Below the pieces are notes generated by a model. That model did no database searches. It was not told the origin of the DNA and worked only from the letters and a program-made list of their open reading frames with translations. DNA of 64,000 nucleotides from Oceanispirochaeta sp. (GTDB taxonomy: Bacteria; Spirochaetota; Spirochaetia; DSM-2461): assembly GCA_963666275.2 (NCBI GenBank), contig CAXXOA010000002.1, positions 512,001-576,000 of the forward strand. Reading direction: 5' to 3'. A program made the position numbers and the translations under genes. Shown here piece after piece: positions 55,602 to 64,000 of the stretch (position 1 is the stretch's first letter; each line of letters begins with the position of its first letter).

Positions 55602-57068
55602 CTAATGGGAGATTCTTTTCAGAAAATGCTTTCTGATAATAGGAACGAAAAGGGACTCTTTCATCGCAATCAGTGAGAGAGCATAAATCACTGAACCCGC
55701 AGCGGCCGAGACAGCAACTATTAATCCCACTGAATCGGACTGTGTCAGGAGTATCTGTTTTATTGCGAAAACACTCAGAGACATAATAAAAGTGGCGGCA
55801 ATATATTTGAAGTTCTGACGGAAATGCAGTTCCATCTGTTTTATATAGGACCAGCCGAAGATTATCTCAACAGCAAGTATCATCATCTCAGACAGGATGG
55901 ACGCCAGGGCGGCGCCATTCTGGCTGAAAGCGGGAATAAGCATAAAATTGAGAACAATATTCATAAGAGTGGAGAGCAGTATGGCCACCAGGACAAGTTT
56001 CTGTTTTCCGTAGGAAAGGAGAATCTGCTTGCCTATGAAGCTCTTTAACGGGAGAAGCATAAGAATGGGAAGAAGGATTCTCATGGTTGTGACAGCCGAT
56101 AGATATTTCCGACCTCCGAAGATCATAACGGATTCATAGCTGAGAAGATAAAGTCCCGCCATGGCCGGGAGAGGAAGAAAGAATATGACTGAAAAAGCTT
56201 TCTGTGCCAAAGGCTTCATCTTTTCATGTTTTCCTCTGGCCACCATATTGGAAAACCGGGGGATAAGGACCGAGTTGGCTGCAACGAATACGGTTTTTAT
56301 AATCCGGATGAGCTTGTTTGCCGTAACATAGTAGCTTACGGAAGCATCGCCGCTCATGAAACCAAGCATAACTTTATCTATATTGTTGTAGAGTTTTGTT
56401 GAAATGAATAGAAAAAAGAAATAGAGAGCTCCGTTGATATGTTCCCTGACATTGACCTCTCTGAAAGGCACATGTTCTATCATTTTTCTCAGGTTCCAGT
56501 AATTCAGAACCCTTGAAAAGAATGTACTTATGATGGCAATGCTGCCGTAGATTATATAGTCTTCCGGTCCTTTCACCAGAGTAAAGGTCAGTATGATAGA
56601 GATGACTTTGGCAAAGAATTTCCTGTAAGCCATAAATTTATACTCTTCCATGCCCTGAAAGAACCATTCAAAGCCGAAGGTCTTAAATCCGATCTGTATT
56701 CCGAGGATAAGATAGAGAAGAACTTCCTTGTGGAATTTATCAACATAGAAGATGGAACTGAGAAATATAACATAGACAATGGCTGTCGCAACAAGTTCAA
56801 TGGTCAGAATGCTTTTAAAGACTTTGCTCCGTTCATGGACGCTGTCCCTGACTTCCGCGATTTTCCTGACCCCGTAGAGGGGTATCCCCAGTGCCGCAAA
56901 GTAGGTAAACACCTGAATAATAGACGTGGCAAACTGAACCTTTCCCAGGTTTTCCGGCATCAGTACACGGGCCACGTAGGGAAATGTTATTAAAGGAGCT
57001 GCCAGGTCCAGGAACTCCTTGAGAGTATTAAAAAAAGCATTTGCTTTGACGGATTTCTTCTTTTTCAT
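55602..57068 (-). CDS. wzx: Polysaccharide flippase (Wzx)
   Basis: PLITFPYVARVL.PE.LG, LGIPLYG.R, WFFQG.E, DKVMLG and NFMLIP....NGAA motifs; multi-TM. Confidence 0.9.
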   Translation of the reverse strand: MKKKKSVKANAFFNTLKEFLDLAAPLITFPYVARVLMPENLGKVQFATSIIQVFTYFAALGIPLYGVRKIAEVRDSVHERSKVFKSILTIELVATAIVYVIFLSSIFYVDKFHKEVLLYLILGIQIGFKTFGFEWFFQGMEEYKFMAYRKFFAKVISIILTFTLVKGPEDYIIYGSIAIISTFFSRVLNYWNLRKMIEHVPFREVNVREHINGALYFFFLFISTKLYNNIDKVMLGFMSGDASVSYYVTANKLIRIIKTVFVAANSVLIPRFSNMVARGKHEKMKPLAQKAFSVIFFLPLPAMAGLYLLSYESVMIFGGRKYLSAVTTMRILLPILMLLPLKSFIGKQILLSYGKQKLVLVAILLSTLMNIVLNFMLIPAFSQNGAALASILSEMMILAVEIIFGWSYIKQMELHFRQNFKYIAATFIMSLSVFAIKQILLTQSDSVGLIVAVSAAAGSVIYALSLIAMKESLFVPIIRKHFLKRISH

Positions 57069-57104
57069 AAAGCTCAAACCTATGTCGGTTCTCTCCCTAA
57101 TGTC

Positions 57105-57134
57105 AATATTCTCTGCCTCAGGGCAGGGAATATT
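57105..57134. other. 13-bp intergenic hairpin AATATTCTCTGCC-TCAG-GGCAGGGAATATT
   Basis: Inverted repeat with one G-T pair between the licD-like gene and wzx; no U tract on the coding strand. Confidence 0.5.
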
Positions 57135-57148
57135 TCTACAGGGTTATA

Positions 57149-58555
57149 CTACCAGCCGCAGAGGGTTTCAAACTCATCCAGAGGATAGAGACTATGGCTG
57201 CCTCTTGATATAAGCTTCCCCGCCCGGGGATAGTCTTTGCGTCTTTCTTCAATTTCCCGGGTCATCTCGCTGAACTCCTTCGGAGTAATATAGATGGACT
57301 TGAGTTTCCGGATAATACGAAGGGGAATTCGCACAGAGGAGTTCACATAGTTGGGATCCGGAACTTTCCATCCCTTCCCGTAGTAGGATTCCAGGAATGC
57401 TTCGGTGTTGGACGGGTATTGGATCTCCACATCTTTGAGAGTGCCTGTTTTTCCCGGGAGAAAATCCTCTGGTTTCAGAGGGAGACAGGCCTGTTTATGA
57501 AGCCAGATGGAACCGTCCTCATACCAGACCGGCCGCAGATCCAGATGGATAGAAGGATCATCTACCTCCAGTCTGAAGTGGAAGAGTTTTCCTCTCCGGT
57601 TAATGGAACAGTAGGCTCCTTCCAGTACCATTTCAATCACGAGTTTTTTCAGTTCCTCCTTCACTTCGGAGGCTTTTGTTTTCTGTGAAAAATATCCCGC
57701 ATCAAAGTCATCATCTCCGGGAATATAATCCCCTTCCCTGTAATACCCAAGCAGTGTTCCGTACAGGATGAACAGGGGTGTTCCCAGTTTTTCAGTGAAA
57801 AAACGATTTGCCCATGTATACTGCTCGAGATAGCGCTTCTGGCTTTCCAGAATCTCTTCCCCCGACTTGGACAGAGTTCCCTTCTTGGTAATTTTCATAC
57901 CGCTGTTGAGTTTCTCGAAGATTTCACCACTACCATGGGGAATTGTCAGTTTGACTCTGTCACTGTCTTTACAGATCTTTCCGTTCTTCCTGAGATTCAG
58001 TGCTTCTCCTGTGGAGAATCTGAGAGAAAGTTCACTCTCCTGCGGCAGTATCTGAATCAGCGGCCGGGAGAGCATGAACCGGAAAGATCCAGGCAGAAAA
58101 GGGTGTCTCCTGATCCGAAACTCTCTGATCAGAATGTTATCAATCAGTATCTGAACAGATTTGGCATCACCCGCAAATATTCCGGTGATTTTAAGCCCCT
58201 TGTTGATCCAGTTTAAATCATAGATCCCTTTGACACGGGAGATCTTTTCAAGGGATTTTACAGGTTCTGCTTTACAGTGGAAAAAAGGATCCTCCACCTC
58301 TGACAAGCCGGCCATAAAGCGGGCCTTTTCCAGATGAAACTGCCAGAGCTGGTAAAAGCTGAAAGCAATAGAATCATTTTTCTTCCCTATTTTATCAAAA
58401 CCTTTCTGAAAGCAGGATATCGCTTTCCTGTAATTCCCTTTCTGCATTTGTCTCTTCCCTTTATGGTAGAGAGCTGCAAAGCTGATTCCCCCGGCTTCTG
58501 CCCGGGTCCGAACTGTTTCTTTTAAACGGGCGAGAAAATACTGCACTGTATTCAT
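57149..58555 (-). CDS. LicD-family nucleotidyltransferase-fold phosphotransferase with N-terminal extension
   Basis: YGTLLGYYREGDYIPGDDDFD and LESYYGKGWKVPD motifs. Confidence 0.8.
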   Translation of the reverse strand: MNTVQYFLARLKETVRTRAEAGGISFAALYHKGKRQMQKGNYRKAISCFQKGFDKIGKKNDSIAFSFYQLWQFHLEKARFMAGLSEVEDPFFHCKAEPVKSLEKISRVKGIYDLNWINKGLKITGIFAGDAKSVQILIDNILIREFRIRRHPFLPGSFRFMLSRPLIQILPQESELSLRFSTGEALNLRKNGKICKDSDRVKLTIPHGSGEIFEKLNSGMKITKKGTLSKSGEEILESQKRYLEQYTWANRFFTEKLGTPLFILYGTLLGYYREGDYIPGDDDFDAGYFSQKTKASEVKEELKKLVIEMVLEGAYCSINRRGKLFHFRLEVDDPSIHLDLRPVWYEDGSIWLHKQACLPLKPEDFLPGKTGTLKDVEIQYPSNTEAFLESYYGKGWKVPDPNYVNSSVRIPLRIIRKLKSIYITPKEFSEMTREIEERRKDYPRAGKLISRGSHSLYPLDEFETLCGW

Positions 58556-58593
58556 ATCTATATCCTGTTCCCTTTTGAATGGTGAATTTTTTT

Positions 58594-60150
58594 TTAATAC
58601 CTGTAAGTTAAACCGGTTGTGACAGAAAAGGCGTTGTCAAAGACTTCATAGGCCAGAGCCTGACCTGCTACAAGCAGATAGGACAGATCAAAATTCAGTT
58701 CCAGGCCGTAGGGCAGAAAGACCATACCGGCCAGTCCTGTCCGCAGTTCCACATTGAGTCTGTCCTGATCGGCAAAATATTCAAAAACGTAATCTTTATC
58801 GTAGTTGATCCGGGAGCCATGGAATTTGAGAAGCCCCCATCTGTCAAAAAAGCTCAAAGAAAAGTACTGGGCATCCGAACCGGGGCCCGATGGCGCTCCC
58901 AGAAGCTGCCCTTTATGGGTATAACCGTGATATACAAGACCATGTCTATAGTACGTTCCACCGCTGCGGCCTTTCAGGGCGTAGGAGTTGCTTACCTGCA
59001 TCCAGGAATATTCCGCATTGAGGGACAGCCCTTTTTGAGGGCTCAGGGGCCACACCTGCTGGCCTCCGAAGGTAAATCCCGCGGTATGGTCGGGATAGTA
59101 GAGGAGGGAATGGAACTCTTCAGAGTGGTCTTCCTTGAAGACCTCCAGATAGATGTTGGTTCCCTTGTCCGGGAATTTCCAGTCCAGCCATAAGGACACT
59201 CTCTGGTCGGTTCTATCCTCTCCTCCCAGGTCGCTGTCCACATAGGCAAAGCTGTACAGCTTGGATAGGGCGGTTCCGTTGATATCCTCCCAGTTGCAGA
59301 TAAGGGTCCTGTTGATACCTACTGTAAAAAAAGGATTGTATGTCGGCTGCCAGGCCAGCATGTAACCGGTCAGATAAGTATAGTCATCGTCATCGAGAGA
59401 ATTGAAAAAATCAGATTCCTCCAGGACTCCGTTTACAATCCTTGCTTCAAAGGTTCCCCATCTGGTTTCGGTTTTCCGGATACCCATATCGCTATGGTAG
59501 AATCCTTCCGCCGCAGCGCTCATGATCAGAGGATTAAAAACCGCAGGCCCCCATATCATATTCTCATGAGAGACCGCCAGGGTGAAAATTCCATAGTCAG
59601 CCCGGATTTCACTCTGCCCGGGAGATATCTGGCTGTAGGATTCATCTCCCATGCGGGTGGGATAGTCTATTCCGCTGTAGTAATAGGAATAGTCTCCGGT
59701 TCCTTTGTAGATCGGGTATTCCTTGTTTTCCGCATAGGCGAGTTCGGGGAGAAGAGAGAATGAAACATAGGGGCTTTCAAAAGATAATCCTGCTGAAAAA
59801 TAGCTGTTCAGTCCTTTGCCCTGCCACTGCAGGCCGTCATTTAGACCTCTTGTCAGGTTAAAGGAGTTCCAGGAAAGCTCTGATGTCACAGGAGCAATTT
59901 CCATACTTGTATCGCTGTTAAAATAAAAAGGGGTTGGCCCGTCCATATGTTCGGCCCAGGGGTGCTGCCGGTTTCCGTACTCCCGCGTATTTCCGGAGTA
60001 GGTATGAAACCCCAGCGTATCGGGTGTACTTTTACCAAGAAGGTCGGTGTACCTGTAATAGTCAAGGTAGAGAGAACTGAATAACTCCCCGGAGAACAGG
60101 CTGAATGAGCAGAAAAGAAAGACAGCTGAGAGGATATGTCTCTGTTTCAT
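58594..60150 (-). CDS. Capsule assembly Wzi-family outer-membrane protein
   Basis: Signal peptide, ENMIWGP...PLIMS, YTHKGQLLGAPSGPGSD, aromatic C-terminus (YRY). Confidence 0.75.
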   Translation of the reverse strand: MKQRHILSAVFLFCSFSLFSGELFSSLYLDYYRYTDLLGKSTPDTLGFHTYSGNTREYGNRQHPWAEHMDGPTPFYFNSDTSMEIAPVTSELSWNSFNLTRGLNDGLQWQGKGLNSYFSAGLSFESPYVSFSLLPELAYAENKEYPIYKGTGDYSYYYSGIDYPTRMGDESYSQISPGQSEIRADYGIFTLAVSHENMIWGPAVFNPLIMSAAAEGFYHSDMGIRKTETRWGTFEARIVNGVLEESDFFNSLDDDDYTYLTGYMLAWQPTYNPFFTVGINRTLICNWEDINGTALSKLYSFAYVDSDLGGEDRTDQRVSLWLDWKFPDKGTNIYLEVFKEDHSEEFHSLLYYPDHTAGFTFGGQQVWPLSPQKGLSLNAEYSWMQVSNSYALKGRSGGTYYRHGLVYHGYTHKGQLLGAPSGPGSDAQYFSLSFFDRWGLLKFHGSRINYDKDYVFEYFADQDRLNVELRTGLAGMVFLPYGLELNFDLSYLLVAGQALAYEVFDNAFSVTTGLTYRY

Positions 60151-60168
60151 AAGGTGGAACTCCTTTGT

Positions 60169-61539
60169 TTAATCACAATACTCTGACAGGGGGTACAGGG
60201 GCTGATAGCTTGTTGAGACAAACTGTTCCTCCTGCTCTCCATTGCCCAAGCCGGCAAGATTTTTTTTCATGGCAAGATATTCACGGGGGGTTAAAAGAGT
60301 TTTGTTCAGGGTTCGGATAATAAAATCCTGATTCTTTGCCAGGTCATTCACATAACCGGGATCCGGAACTTTCCAGCCTTTCCCGTAGTACCCTTCCAGA
60401 AGGACTTCGGGGACACGGGGAATATCAATATCCACACCCCGCAGCGTTACAGTCTGAACAGGGAGAAAATCTTCCCGCTTTCCCGGAATGCAGGCCTGGA
60501 GATGGGCCCACATATTGCCTGAGTTGAACCAGACAGGACGTAAGTCCAGATGTATCTTGTGGTCGAATCCTTTTTCTGTCTGAATTCGAAAGAGTTTGCC
60601 CCGTCTGTTGAAGCTCACAATAAATCCGGCTTTGATAAGCTTCATGACAATTTCTTTCGTCTCTTTTTTTACATCCCCAGGACGTGTGGAACTGACAATA
60701 TATCCGGCATCGAAATCGTCATCCCCTTTGATGAAATCACCTTCTCTATAAATTCCGAGAAGGGTTCCATACATGGCAAAAAGCGGCATCTGCAGCTCGG
60801 ATTCAAAGAACTCTCTTACCCTGGTGTATAAGGCCAGATAGGCATTCTGCCGCTCTCTCACTGTCTCTTCCGGATCAGTGATCTGGCCTTTTTTGGTTAT
60901 GGCTGAGCCGTTTTCCATCAGGTGAAAAAGAGTATCCTGGCCATGGGGCAGTTCAATTATCGCTTTTTCCGAGCTTTTATAGAGAAGGTTTGTCTCACTT
61001 TCAACAGTCTGTATTGTGAGCTCTGACTTCAGGGGCAAGGTTTCAATAACCTGTCGGCTCAGGTTTATTTTGAACATCCTGTATCCGCCACCGCTCTGAC
61101 AGTTCAGACGTCGGATCTTCTTTCCTGAGAGAATCAGATCGACAGATATGCTTTCTTTATCTGTAACAAACCCTTCAATTACCATGGCGTTGAACTGAAA
61201 AAATATGTTGAACGTTCCTGCATATTCCTCTTTCCTTCCGTTTATGATTTCTCCGGGAAGAATCTGTGAGAGAAAGAGGGGATCCTCCACCCGTTTCTTC
61301 CCTTTTTTATAGAAGGCTTTCTCCAGCTCAAAGGGAAATCTCTGATAGAGACTGTTGACGATCTTCCAGGACCATATCCGGTTTGCCGGAAAAAATGATC
61401 TGTTGAAACAGAATTTGGCCAATTTTATCAGGTTTTCCGCAAAGGAAGGACAAATCAGAATAATATCTGCCAGTTTAAAAAGCAGAAGCCGGACCCCTCT
61501 TGCGGTCCTGAATTTTATCTTTTTCAGCAGTTTTTTCAT
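60169..61539 (-). CDS. LicD-family phosphotransferase with N-terminal extension (paralog of 57149-58555)
   Basis: YGTLLGIYREGDFIKGDDDFD and LEGYYGKGWKVPDP motifs. Confidence 0.8.
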   Translation of the reverse strand: MKKLLKKIKFRTARGVRLLLFKLADIILICPSFAENLIKLAKFCFNRSFFPANRIWSWKIVNSLYQRFPFELEKAFYKKGKKRVEDPLFLSQILPGEIINGRKEEYAGTFNIFFQFNAMVIEGFVTDKESISVDLILSGKKIRRLNCQSGGGYRMFKINLSRQVIETLPLKSELTIQTVESETNLLYKSSEKAIIELPHGQDTLFHLMENGSAITKKGQITDPEETVRERQNAYLALYTRVREFFESELQMPLFAMYGTLLGIYREGDFIKGDDDFDAGYIVSSTRPGDVKKETKEIVMKLIKAGFIVSFNRRGKLFRIQTEKGFDHKIHLDLRPVWFNSGNMWAHLQACIPGKREDFLPVQTVTLRGVDIDIPRVPEVLLEGYYGKGWKVPDPGYVNDLAKNQDFIIRTLNKTLLTPREYLAMKKNLAGLGNGEQEEQFVSTSYQPLYPLSEYCD

Positions 61540-61548
61540 AAATCATTC

Positions 61549-62226
61549 CTATAAGTTTCTGACAATGGATTTATCATCGGAGATGTTATCATACTCTTTC
61601 TGAGGCGTCATCCAGTCTCCGTACCGGTATCTGAGGTAACCATCGTAATCTTCCGGGATGGAAAGGGACATACCCTCAAAATCTGTTTTTATTAAATGAT
61701 CTGTGAATTCGGCTGGAGTGGATTTTAAAGCCTTGTTCCGGATGGACCAGAACATAGCATTTTCATGCCGTACTTTTACAAAAAGATCGACCTGGACAAA
61801 TCCCGGTAAAATGAACAATCTTCGGCTCTGTATCTTTATCAGCCGGATCTCTCCCTCTTTCAGAGGGGCAGAGTCTTCTTTATTCCTGACAAATTCGACC
61901 CTGTATCCGTATCGGTACCGGAACTTTTTTATTTTTTTTACAATCTTTCCAAGGTCTTCCGCCTTCATGGAAAGATCAACATCATGGTCCCAGGGAAGAA
62001 GCCTTTTTTCTCTCATGACACCAATGAGGGTTCCCCCTTCCAGCCAGTAGTCTACTTCATTCTTATCAAGAAACTCCGTGACCATTCCGGTGAGTTTAAG
62101 TGTCTTTTCCAGAAGCCTGCCTTCAAGGGGTTTCCGTGTCAGTCTGAGCCAGGCGGCAGCCAGTTTATGGGGAAAACTGACACTCCGATCATCAAGCCTG
62201 GCTTCTCTCCATATTTGAACAATCAT
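61549..62226 (-). CDS. LicD family protein
   Basis: YWLEGGTLIGVMRE..LLPWDHDVD and YLRYRYGDWMTP motifs. Confidence 0.88.
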   Translation of the reverse strand: MIVQIWREARLDDRSVSFPHKLAAAWLRLTRKPLEGRLLEKTLKLTGMVTEFLDKNEVDYWLEGGTLIGVMREKRLLPWDHDVDLSMKAEDLGKIVKKIKKFRYRYGYRVEFVRNKEDSAPLKEGEIRLIKIQSRRLFILPGFVQVDLFVKVRHENAMFWSIRNKALKSTPAEFTDHLIKTDFEGMSLSIPEDYDGYLRYRYGDWMTPQKEYDNISDDKSIVRNL

Positions 62227-63434
62227 GAGATCTTTCCTTTTTCCCTGAGAAGGGCAACGATTTTTTCCGCATTCAGACGACAGTTATCGCGACTGACCGG
62301 ATTGAACCATCTGTTCATTTTCACTCTCTCTTCAACATAGTAGGAGGAGTCAGAAAGGAGCCTTCCGATTTCACTGATGAACTCACTCTGTGTCAGTATC
62401 TTCGGTCCGGGAGTATACTCTTCAAAGGGGACGGAAAAGCCTATTTTTTCCGCATACTCCTCAAGATCATAGGGAAGGAATGCCATAGGTTTTTCTGTTA
62501 TAAGCCAGTCTATGAACATACTGGAATAATCTGTTACAAGCAGATCGAAGACAGTGAGTACTTCCATTATTTCGGGGACTTTAGAAGCATCCAGCATTCT
62601 TATCCTTTTTATCTTCTGAATTTCGGGAGGCAGCAATCCTGCATAGGAGGGATGGGGACGGAGAAAAATGACTATTTTGTTCTCTTCCAGGAAGGCTTCC
62701 AGTGTCTGTGGATCCAGGTCGTCAAAGGGAAAGAATTTCAGCTCCGCATAGGCTCTCCAGGTGGGGGCATACAGGACGCTCTTGCGGCATTCAGGAAGCT
62801 CCGGATCCACTTTTTTGATGAGATCAAGGGACTTCTCAATGTGCATAAGATCGTTTCGGGGCAGGCCGTTCACAACAATTTTTGATTCCGGGACATCAAT
62901 ATATCCGGCCATCACAGGGATAAAGGCTTCGTTATTGGAGAGCAGATAGGAGAAGTTGGTTTTAATAAGCTGAATATAGATCTTCTTTACAAGACTCATC
63001 TGGTTTTCATTGTTCCCGAAGTGCTTGAAAGGAACTCCATGACCAACATGATAGACAAGCCGGCGGAAGGAAAGGAAGAGTCCTGAGACAGGGGTTTCCA
63101 GAGTGGACGGGACCCAGACTCCGGCTTTCAGGGCGTGAAACTTTCCTTTCAGTGAATTTGTCTCTATAAAATGGGGACCATACTCATGGACCAGTGATTT
63201 CCGTAATTCTTCATCATTGATAACAAATTCCACTTTCCAGTCCTTATAATTTTTAAGAAAGTACAGGAAAAGATAACGGGAATTAAACTGAAATTTTGTG
63301 GTGTAGGAAGAACAGAACACAATATGTTTGTAGTCTCTACTGCTGAAAAGGGTCAGAAAAGAGGGTAGCAGACCTTTTAATATCAATAGGAATCTGAACA
63401 AATTGTATTTTTTCTGCTTTGAATTCTCTGCCAT
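62223..63434 (-). CDS. CDP-glycerol glycerophosphotransferase (TagF/TagB family)
   Basis: GHGVPFK, GLPRND, LYAPTWR, HP, LVTDYSS and YDLEEY motifs. Confidence 0.9.
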   Translation of the reverse strand: MAENSKQKKYNLFRFLLILKGLLPSFLTLFSSRDYKHIVFCSSYTTKFQFNSRYLFLYFLKNYKDWKVEFVINDEELRKSLVHEYGPHFIETNSLKGKFHALKAGVWVPSTLETPVSGLFLSFRRLVYHVGHGVPFKHFGNNENQMSLVKKIYIQLIKTNFSYLLSNNEAFIPVMAGYIDVPESKIVVNGLPRNDLMHIEKSLDLIKKVDPELPECRKSVLYAPTWRAYAELKFFPFDDLDPQTLEAFLEENKIVIFLRPHPSYAGLLPPEIQKIKRIRMLDASKVPEIMEVLTVFDLLVTDYSSMFIDWLITEKPMAFLPYDLEEYAEKIGFSVPFEEYTPGPKILTQSEFISEIGRLLSDSSYYVEERVKMNRWFNPVSRDNCRLNAEKIVALLREKGKIS

Positions 63435-63633
63435 GGATTTTTCCTCAATTTAATTATTGGATTTTCTAGGTCATTCCGGAAACTTTACCTCAACGTAGGC
63501 TGAAGTTTGAAACATTGCCGGTCCTCTTTAGAAAGACAGGCAAAGAACATGGGTGAAAAAGAGAGTCGTATCGGATTGTTGGTATCTTAGAATTACCTTC
63601 CGGCGGGCTGTCTTTCCGGAGCAATATGCAATG

Positions 63634-64000
63634 CTATTTTTTAAGGTCATTCTTTATTTGAGTTGTTGATATCCCGTTCGTTCTGGGTAGGTAAATAACT
63701 TCGCAAAGTTCAGACAGAAAGTCGAACTCTCCTTTCCAGTCATCGCCTATAACAAAAATATCCACCTGATATTTTTTTATGTCATCAACCTTCTGCTCCC
63801 ATGATTTCTCGGGAATAACAAGATCTACATACCTTATGGATTCCAGTACCAGTTTCCTTTCCTCATAAGTGTTATAGGATTCTTTATGTTTTATTCTGTT
63901 GAAGTTGTCATCCGAGAGAGCCACAATCAGGTAATCTCCCATCTCTCTTGCTCTTTTCAGGAGGTTGACGTGGCCCCAGTGAAGAAGGTCATAAGTTCCG
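63634..64000 (-). CDS. tagD: Glycerol-3-phosphate cytidylyltransferase (5' end beyond window)
   Basis: Frame extends to the window edge: GTYDLLHWGHVNLLKRA...YLPRTNGISTTQIK (HWGH and RTxGISTT motifs). Confidence 0.93.
   Translation of the reverse strand, partial: GTYDLLHWGHVNLLKRAREMGDYLIVALSDDNFNRIKHKESYNTYEERKLVLESIRYVDLVIPEKSWEQKVDDIKKYQVDIFVIGDDWKGEFDFLSELCEVIYLPRTNGISTTQIKNDLKK

Noticed and set aside
63435..63633. Spacer between tagD and the TagF-like gene, with a 9-bp inverted repeat (GAAAGACAG/CTGTCTTTC); possible ops/JUMPstart or MITE
   Set aside because: No GGCGGTAG ops match, no target-site duplication or second copy; the repeat is too short to support a call.
1..64000. CRISPR arrays, tRNA/rRNA genes, IS elements, prophage
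   Set aside because: No regularly spaced repeats, cloverleaf or rRNA signatures, transposase, integrase or phage genes were recognised by eye.

Overview
Gene-dense bacterial chromosome window with about 52 CDS and no rRNA, tRNA, CRISPR, transposase or integrase that I can recognise. The protein complement (lipoproteins, outer-membrane barrels, NfnAB, several proteins that look spirochaete-like from memory) suggests an anaerobic diderm, probably a free-living Spirochaetaceae member; this is inference. In order: nfnB (partial) and nfnA, an Lrp regulator with ald, an SLC12/CCC-like transporter, a 1438-aa fused activase/reductase (PlsA-like ether-lipid synthase candidate), mnmA, an nnr-lsrG-like-FeADH-GDPD operon, a TPR lipoprotein, traB, radA, two tandem cyclophilin-FKBP PPIases, a beta-barrel plus FG-GAP lipoprotein pair, pheST, a Cache/PAS kinase locus, pduO, sbcDC, a yqeC-yqeB-class V PLP selenium-cofactor cluster, a frameshifted aldo/keto reductase, an OsmF/Yeh-type ABC importer, pyk, a ThrC-like-DUF1611-epimerase operon, and a teichoic-acid-like surface polymer locus (tagD, TagF-like, three LicD-family genes, wzi, wzx). 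Main signals missed by the ORF track: (1) a 28-codon leader peptide with 11 Phe codons, lying between a consensus sigma70 promoter and a terminator upstream of pheS, which looks like a nearly leaderless Phe attenuator; (2) a ~106-nt rod-shaped candidate ncRNA at 45032-45137; (3) about eight genes whose start codon lies 5-10 nt from a -10 box with no Shine-Dalgarno sequence, suggesting frequent leaderless transcription.
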